From contig NIVC01003445.1 in assembly GCA_002269645.1 (NCBI GenBank), positions 1 through 22,215 on the forward strand: a stretch of 22,215 bases of DNA. The letters run 5' to 3'. Each line of letters begins with the position of its first letter. Positions within the stretch are counted from its first letter, which is position 1. This DNA is from Macrostomum lignano. Its lineage: Eukaryota. Below, piece after piece: positions 14,801 through 22,215 of this stretch. The notes beneath the pieces are model-generated. The model worked only from the letters and a program-made list of their open reading frames with translations, did no database searches and was not told where the DNA came from. Both the position numbers and the translations under genes were made by a program.

Positions 14801-16444
14801 TACCAGACACCAACACTACCAGACACCCACACTACCAGACACCCACACTGCCAGACACCCACACTACCAGACACCCACACTGCCAGACACCCACACTACC
14901 AGACACCCACACTGCCAGACAGCCACACTACCAGACACCCATACTGCCAGACACCAACACTACCAGACACCAACACTACCAGACACCAACACTACCAGAC
15001 ACCCACACTACCAGACACCCACACTACCAGACACCCATACTGCCATACACCAACACTACCAAAAACTTACACTACCAGACACCAACACTACCAGACACCA
15101 ACACTACCAGACACCAACACTACCAGACACCCACACTGCCAGACACCCACACTACCAGACACCCATACTGCCAGACACCAACACTACCAGACACCAACAC
15201 TACCAGACACCCATACTGCCAGACACCAACACTACCAGACACCCACACTGCTAGACACCCACACTGCCAGACACCAACACTACCAGACACCCACACTGCC
15301 AGACACCAACACTACCAGACACCAACACTGCCAGACACCCACACTACCAGACACCCACACTGCCAGACACCAACACTACCAGACACCCACACTGCCAGAC
15401 AGCCACACTACCAGACACCCATACTGCCAGACACCCACACTACCAGACACCCATACTGCCAGACACCCACACTACCAGACACCAGCACTACCAGACACCC
15501 ATACTGCCAGACACCCACACTACCAGACACCCACACTGCCAGACAGTCACACTACCAGACACCCATACTGCCAGAAACCCACACTACCAGACACCCACAC
15601 TGCCAGACACCAACACTACCAGACACCAACACTACCAGACACCCACACTACCAGACACCCACACTGCCAGACACCAACACTACCAGACACCCACACTGCC
15701 AGACACCCACACTATCAGACACCCACACTACCAGACACCAACACTACCAGACACCCATACTGCCAGACACCCACACTACCAGACACCCATACTGCCAGAC
15801 ACCCACACTAACAGACACCCACACTGCCAGACACCAACACTACCAGACACCAACACTACCAGACACCCACACTGCCAGACACCGACACTGCCAGACACCA
15901 ACACTACCAGACACCCACACTGCCAGACACCAACACTACCAGACACCAACACTACCAGACACCAACACTACCAGTCACCAACACTACCAGACACCCACAC
16001 TGCCAGACACTCATACTGCCAGACACCCACACTACCAGACACCCACACTGCCAGACAGCCACACTACCAGACACCCATACTGCCAGACACCCACACTACC
16101 AGACACCCACACTGCCAGACACCAACACTACCAGACACCAACACTACCAGACACCCTCACTACCAGACACCAACACTACCAGACACCCACACTGCCAGAC
16201 ACCCACACTACCAGACACCAACACTACCAGACACCCTCACTACCAGACACCAACACACCAGACACCACACTGCCAGACACCAACACTACCAGACACCCAC
16301 ACTACCAGACACCCATACTGCCAGACACCCACACAACCAGGCACCCACACAACCAGACACCCACACTACCAGACACCCACACTACCAGACACCCACACTA
16401 CCAGACTCCCACACTACCAGGCACCCACACTACCAGGCACCCAC
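5821..16444. repeat. Intronic 16-bp satellite (CCCACACTACCAGACA / CCAACACTACCAGACA / CCCACACTGCCAGACA variants), about 660 units, with kb-scale internal duplications
   Basis: Read directly. Occupies nearly all of the 10,696-nt intron 5749-16444. Rare variant units recur at fixed offsets. Confidence 0.98.
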
Positions 16445-16537
16445 CTTGCTCCTATACCAGTCCAGCCAGGTGTTGAGGCTCCACCAAGGCCCCACCGGCT
16501 GGACGCTGGCAGACGCGCCGCTGTCCTTGTCGCCCGG
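16445..16537 (-). CDS. PHTF: PHTF-like exon 2 (PGDKDSGASASVQPVGPWWSLNTWLDWYRSK)
   Basis: Acceptor attcttttacag| and donor aag|gtgggt, 93 nt, phase 0-0. The end ..LDWYRSK resembles the PHTF N-terminal ..IVWYQKK motif. Confidence 0.8.
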
Positions 16538-16900
16538 CTGTAAAAGAATTGTTGAATTGAAAACAGCTGATGTCGAATGTGCAAAAAAATAAATTAATAA
16601 TCATAAATATTGCTCTTCAACCCTAGCAAAACCATTTTTGAAATTGAGAAACGCTTAGCAACAAAAACCTTGACTTTGTATTAGCCCTTGGTATATATTT
16701 GTGAAATATACACAAAACTGTGTACAATCAAGGATTACATCCTTAGTAAACAGCAGAGATTAGAGATAGTGACTGCTGGTTTGTACGCTCGTACAAAACA
16801 GCGGCCATGCATACAAGTGCATTAAAATTTTAATAATGCTACTAATAAATAGTAGATTATACCATTATCTTAGCGCATAGCAGGCAACAAAAAACTTTAC

Positions 16901-16960
16901 TTCATACGCAATCAATTTTTCGCTTGGCGAATTCAAACCAAACTCAGGATGTTTTTTCAT
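16901..16960 (-). CDS. PHTF: PHTF-like gene, candidate first coding exon (MKKHPEFGLNSPSEKLIAYE)
   Basis: Minus strand reads gattgtctttttag|c ATG aaa...tat gaa|gtaaag: 20 codons, phase-0 donor matching the phase-0 acceptor at 16537. The next exon has no in-frame ATG, so an upstream start is needed. No homology support for this peptide itself. Confidence 0.5.
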
Positions 16961-16961
16961 G

Positions 16962-16975
16962 CTAAAAAGACAATC
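16962..16975 (-). promoter_or_regulatory. Splice acceptor 1 nt upstream of the candidate PHTF ATG (possible trans-splice site)
   Basis: Minus strand gattgtctttttag|cATG. Confidence 0.45.
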
Positions 16976-17194
16976 GAATTGCACTACTTACAAAGAAATG
17001 AGTAGTATAATTGAAAAATTAACTTAATTAATTAAAATTCGCATTAAAAAGCGCGTTAAAATGTCTAAAAAACATTTTGAAACCGTGCACATTTAAACTC
17101 CAAAAACTAGAAGCGTCTCAGGCCCAGTGGAATTTCAGGCCCAGTGGATTTGATAAAAAAATGTTTTTCAAATCGTCAAAATTTTCAGCTCCAA

Positions 17195-17200
17195 TTTATT
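17195..17200 (-). promoter_or_regulatory. Candidate polyadenylation signal AATAAA overlapping the gene A stop codon
   Basis: Minus strand reads gaa taa att, giving G-AATAAA-TT; U-rich sequence follows. Confidence 0.4.
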
Positions 17201-17240
17201 CCTTTTTCTTCAAGTACAGCTGCACGAAGTCTTTTTTCAG
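17196..17240 (-). CDS. Gene A, candidate terminal exon (LKKDFVQLYLKKKE*)
   Basis: Strong acceptor atcttttattacag|, phase 0, after a 129-nt intron. 14 codons plus TAA; the stop overlaps AATAAA. Confidence 0.55.
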   Translation of the reverse strand: MKKDFVQLYLKKKE

Positions 17241-17369
17241 CTGTAATAAAAGATTTTGGGTATTCAGAACGAGTTACGATCGTACATCAAGGATTTAAAC
17301 TTAATAATTTATTGTCAGCATTAAAAAAACAACGCCGATATCTAGAGAAGAAAATAATCAGAAACTCAC

Positions 17370-17487
17370 CTTAAAATAGCTCTCAGCTGGTGTCCAGGGA
17401 TCGCTGATGTCATCTGTGTTCAGTTGGATTAGAAACTTCTGCTGCATGCCGCCAGACTTGCGAATCAGAGCATAGCCAAAGCAGGGC
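17370..17487 (-). CDS. Gene A, internal exon (PCFGYALIRKSGGMQQKFLIQLNTDDISDPWTPAESYFK)
   Basis: aacccgcag|g ccc ... aag|gtgagt, 118 nt, phase 2-0, within track ORF 17358-17642. The donor is a perfect consensus. Confidence 0.72.
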
Positions 17488-17500
17488 CTGCGGGTTCGCA

Positions 17501-18582
17501 TTTGGGATTCCGGTCTGGGATTTTGGGATTCTGGCCTGGGATTTTGGGATTCCGGTCTGGGATTTTGGGATTCTGGCCTATGATTTTGGGATTCCGGTCT
17601 GGGATTTTGGGATTCTGGTCTGAAATTTTGGGATTCTGTCATGGGATATTAGGATTCTGTCATGGGATATTGGGATTCTGGTTTAGGATACTGGGATTCT
17701 AGTTTAGGATATTAGTAGGATTTTGGTTAAGGATATTGGGATTCTGGTTTAGGATATTGAGATTCTAGTGTAGGATATTGAGATTCTGGTGTAGGATATT
17801 GGGATTATGGTTTAGGATATTGGGATTATGGTTTAGGATATTGAGATTCTGGTGTAGGATATTGAGATTCTGGTGTAGGATATTGGGATTATGGTTTAGG
17901 ATATTGGGATTATGGTGTAGGATATTGGGATTATGGTTTTGATATTGAGATTCTGGTTTAGGATATTGGGATTATGGTTTAGGATATTGGGATTCTGGTT
18001 TAGTATATTGAGATTCTGGTGTAGGATATTGGGATTATGGTTTAGGATATTGGGATTATGGTGTACGATATTGAGATTCTGGTGTAGGATATTGGGATTA
18101 TGGTTTAGGATATTGAGATTCTGGTGTAGGATATTGGGATTATGGTTTAGGATATTGGGATTATGGTTTAGGATATTGAGATTCTGGTTTAGGATATTGG
18201 GATTCTGGTTTAGGATATTGGGATTATGGTTTAGGATATTAGGATTCTGGTTTAGGATATTGGGATTCTGGTTTAGGATATTAGGATTCTGGTTTAGGAT
18301 ATTGGGATTCTGGTTAAGGATATTGGGATTCTGGTTTAGGATATTGGGATTCTGGTTTAGTATATTGAAATTCTGGTGTAGGATATTGGGATTATGGTTT
18401 AGGATATTGGGATTCTGGTTTAGGATATTGAGATTCTGGTTTAGGATATTGGGATTATGGTTTAGGATATTAGGATTCTGGTTTAGGATATTGGGATTAT
18501 GGTTTAGGATATTGGGATTCTGGTTTAGGATATTGAGATTCTGGTGTAGGATATTGGGATTCTGGTTTAGGATATTGGGATT
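17501..18582. repeat. Intronic 21-bp minisatellite (GGGATTCTGGTTTAGGATATT)n, about 51 copies
   Basis: Read directly. The 7-aa periodicity (FRILGFW) in the track ORFs equals 21 nt. Lies in gene A intron 17488-18691. Confidence 0.97.
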
Positions 18583-18691
18583 AAGTTAAGGGCTCTAAAT
18601 ATCTACAAGGCTTCTCCAAAAAAGCACAGTTGCAATCGAACTCAAAGCAGATATCATCGAATTAAGAACACCCGAGAAAAAGCGAGCTCAC

Positions 18692-18836
18692 CCCTCGCCA
18701 GTCAAGTCGATGCAGACCTCATTCCCAGTTGGCTTGCTGGGATGCCGGTCGCTGACGATTCGATCCCTACTGGACAGTCCGGGCGTGATCGCCTTCACTA
18801 TGATGAAGCCGGGGTGCTTGGCCAGCTCCAAAACAC
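18692..18836 (-). CDS. Gene A (unrecognised product), internal exon (VLELAKHPGFIIVKAITPG..EVCIDLTGE-G)
   Basis: tctttgtcacacag|gt ... gag gg|gtgagc, 145 nt, phase 1-2, open frame. A GC-rich island between AT-rich DNA and a repeat array. Its phase-2 end fits the next exon. Confidence 0.7.
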
Positions 18837-21767
18837 CTGTGTGACAAAGATGGCAGGATATATCAGTAATGTCTGGCTAACAACAAATTCTCATTTACTT
18901 GCTTAATGACCAGGTGAGTAATAAACATCGACAGGATTTAAACATAATTGGTAGGAAATAAGTAATTGCAATAGCAAATTTAATGATTTGTTGATAAGTT
19001 GATAACTTTGTTGATAAGATGATAAGATGATTTGTCAATTATTTAACATAATTGAACCAAATGTTACACATTTCCATAGTATGATCGTACCATTGCAATT
19101 TTAATATATGGAAGCCTTAGGCAGTTGCAGTTTTAATACTGTATATACCAAGACCATTATGAAATGCATTACTAAGATAGCAATGATATTAGGAGGTCCT
19201 AACATTATTCTACATAATATGTATACATGTACATGTAGTGAACAAATGGTTTAGCATAGATTCATTAGGGTCCCTAAGGATTATGCCACAATAACATAAA
19301 TGGCAAACTACAAAAGTTCTAATGATAATAAAATAGACTAATATCTTAGATTGTTTTAAGTTCTTGAATTAAATAAACTTCATAGCTTGTTGCTCTTAAC
19401 AATGTTTTTAAGTCTGCATTTCATAATCCCTATTCACCTATTGCGCTATTTTTTTTGCCACTATACAATAGATGTCCTAGAAGTAGTATCGAGTAGGAAC
19501 TAGGAAGCTAAATTTATTCAATGAAATTTCTTACTTTAGCATGTAGCTACTTCCTGCTTTAGACAGCATGAATTTGCTTGCATACCACTGAGAATATACA
19601 TATACAAAATATAAATAATAGTTCTATGCTTACACAGAAGAAAGACATAATGGGGCTGTATAAAATGGAATTAGAAAGCAGCCACAGCAGCAGCAATAGC
19701 GTAATTTGTTTCAGACACTGAGGTTAATATTTACTAAGTAAAACAGACAATTTTTGTACTCTGAAGCTTTGGCAACTCTGGCACTCTTGCAATTGCTATT
19801 GGGTAGATTATGTCTATAAGAATTGGACTATATACTACATATATGCTGTGTGTATATCAGTATATACACTTAGGCATCAGACTCAATCATAATTCTATGC
19901 CAATGAAATTAATATGCTTTGATAATGCTAGTAGAAGTATAGGGTGCTTGCAGATTATGATAAGTTTGCTGAATTGCATAAAAAAATTAAAGGATTATCT
20001 AAGTAAGAGTAAAAAATATTATAAATAAATGCTTACATTGCTTAAATATATCAATTACTTTTGAGTCACCTTGCACATTGTAGGTCTAATACACAACTTG
20101 TTATAACTTTTGTTTCATTTTTTTGTCAAAACTCTAATATCAAAATGTTAGATAGATTATGCTACTTATTATTTTGTGCTTTGCTAATAAAGTGTTCTAT
20201 TATAATCAGCTTTATATATAAGTGGTACTACTTTTAGGATATCCTTTTTAAATATTTATTAGAATTAAATGGTAATTATACTATAGCACAAAAATACATT
20301 TTCACAAAAGCCCTCATATATCTGATATAAAAATTATATATTTAATATGTGCCAAATGATATTTGGTGCTTTGAAATGTGTTAATCAAAGTCATTGCCAA
20401 TCAATGGTAATTTTATTTCAATGATGTATAGAAAAACAAATATATAGTATTTAATTTTTAGGTTCTAAAATTAGTAGCTTCAAAAAATGTTGGACCAAAA
20501 TAATACCAATAGTATCAACTTTTGTGAACTAAATGATTTTGTATCTAAAATATTTCCAAAAATTACTTTAGTTAATATATTATACAATAAGACTAGATAT
20601 ATTATACTTACATATCAAAAAATAATATATCTCATTTTAATATATCCCAAAAATGTATGCTAATTTATCTTTCAGTACTTCTATACACATAGATTTAGAA
20701 AATTCTAGTACTGGCAGATAGGTAACAGGTAAGCATAGTTTATATTGTCTACCTTGGCTCTATAGACTATAGTAAATTAATGAATGCTACCAACCTAAGA
20801 AATTTTTTGGTATAGATAGGTTTATATTGATTTATTTATTGTTATTTGCATGCAAGAAAAGAGTATTTATTTTTATTTGGCATATGCTTTGACATAATAT
20901 ACTTTTAAAAAATAATATGCCCCTTTTTAGTACATCTGTTTATTATATTGATTATTAATAACAAAAACATGTACAAGTACTAGTTCTAATAAGACTAAGA
21001 GTCTATAAAATCTTAATCTTAAGCACCTAAACAAAAACAAAAACTATATTTTTTGTGATAAAAGCCTAAGTAAAAATTAAACACAGATCATAGCTGAAGA
21101 AAAACATACTGATTTGACAAACTCTTTCTTCCATTGCAGTCTTCAACTTAGTGGCTTATACGTGTGGCTTTCATGTATTAATAAAATAATAGCTGATACT
21201 GAAATTAATTAGGTCTATTTTGCATTCATTGACATAGGATATACCAGAAATTCAAGAATTGCAAAAAGAAGCAATGATTTTTCGTATCAAAGTATTATAC
21301 TGCCTGTAAATAAAAATCAAGGGACTTAAATAGTAATATAATATAGCATTTGCTACCGCTCTAATAGAATGTAAAGTGCACACTACTAAGTACTAATTAT
21401 ACTTAGGAGATTTAATCTAAGATGTACTTAGTACTCATACCCACAGTATCTGAACAGGTGCGTTCTAAGGAAGATACAATTCAAAATTGCTATCAATCTA
21501 ATACCAAACACAGTATAACTAAAACCGAGACATTAACTATACTTAGCGATACAAAAAAGCAAATACAACATTCCATTTATTTTTTTGTTTCAGACATATG
21601 ATTCTTTTTCTTTTAAAAATGCTTTAGGTACAATGCATTAACAAGGAAATCAAATAAGAAATTTACGCAGCTGAATTAACCGACTGTATTTTTTTTGCGA
21701 CAATAACTCTAGCACAGAGCTCTAGATTTTGAAGCCCTTTAGGTGTGTCCCATACGATTACATGTAC

Positions 21768-21834
21768 CTCGTATCAGTCGTTTACTTTGAGAGTCCATCT
21801 CGTAGAGCTTTGAGATTGACTTTGCTTTAAACAT
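21768..21834 (-). CDS. Gene A, speculative first coding exon (MFKAKSISKLYEMDSQSKRLIR-)
   Basis: ATG-initiated open frame ending cga g|gtacat (phase 1, as the 18836 exon requires). An acceptor-like ttttttcttttcaaag lies about 63 nt upstream. No homology support, and it sits in AT-rich DNA where chance fits are easy. Confidence 0.25.
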
Positions 21835-22215
21835 ATGCTCATAAATCTGATAGCCTTAACGAATATATTTTATGATGAGCAAGCAAGGATAATAAACCTT
21901 TGAAAAGAAAAAAACAACTCTTCTACTCATATTAGCTTGAATTCCAGGAGTGCAACGATATTTGATATTAACAGAAAGCAAATATTTTTTCTAGTGCCTT
22001 AAATTTGTAGCTTTAATATTGTCAATTTATTGATTAAAAAATCTGATGCACCATAGGTGCAGTAAAAAATTAACTGAAAGGTATAATTTCATAGTGCATG
22101 CTTGACAAAAAAAGAAATAAAAAATCAAATGCGAATACTAAACCGATTTGTCCCGACACGACAAGCGATAACGAGCAAAACAAACGCAATAAAAGTAATT
22201 GGAAAAATGAAATAA

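Noticed and set aside
5821-16444. CRISPR-like or recursive-splicing interpretation of the arrays
   Set aside because: Units are contiguous with no unique spacers and no cas genes. The sense unit has no pyrimidine tract followed by YAG|GT, so no ratchet points.
17502-18589. 218-aa FRILGFW-repeat ORF resembling a membrane protein
   Set aside because: The 21-bp unit is a multiple of 3, so the frame stays open by default; it is antisense within a gene A intron.
18911-18919. Perfect CAG|GTGAGT donor on the plus strand
   Set aside because: No supporting plus-strand exon or acceptor found; an isolated motif.
19810-20028. 72-aa plus-strand ORF in AT-rich DNA
   Set aside because: Short, intron-like composition, no recognisable motif or splice support.

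Overview
Eukaryotic (metazoan-type) genomic DNA carrying two intron-containing genes in tandem on the minus strand, with GC-rich exons. (1) A PHTF-family gene (PHTF1/PHTF2/Drosophila phtf-like multi-pass membrane protein) with 9 coding exons modelled from 16960 down to 1661, about 657 codons. Its last exon(s) lie beyond the left edge of the window. One exon has a 1-nt frameshift near 2064. (2) An unrecognised upstream gene ('gene A') with phase-compatible exons at 18692-18836, 17370-17487 and 17196-17240; its 5' exons are uncertain. Gene A stops only 235 nt before the candidate PHTF ATG, and that ATG sits 1 nt after a strong splice acceptor, which is an operon/trans-splicing-like layout. About two thirds of the window is intronic tandem repeat from five unrelated families (14, 36, 23, 16 and 21 bp units). 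The largest is a 10.6 kb 16-mer array with nested kb-scale duplications that begins exactly at a 5' splice site. A 107-nt intron carries a degenerate antisense copy of the LSU (28S) rRNA H69-H71 segment, scrambled at the R2/I-PpoI cut site. Most ORFs in the supplied track are repeat or antisense artefacts. The architecture resembles the repeat-rich flatworm Macrostomum, but that is only an inference. All homology calls are from remembered family motifs, not from a search.
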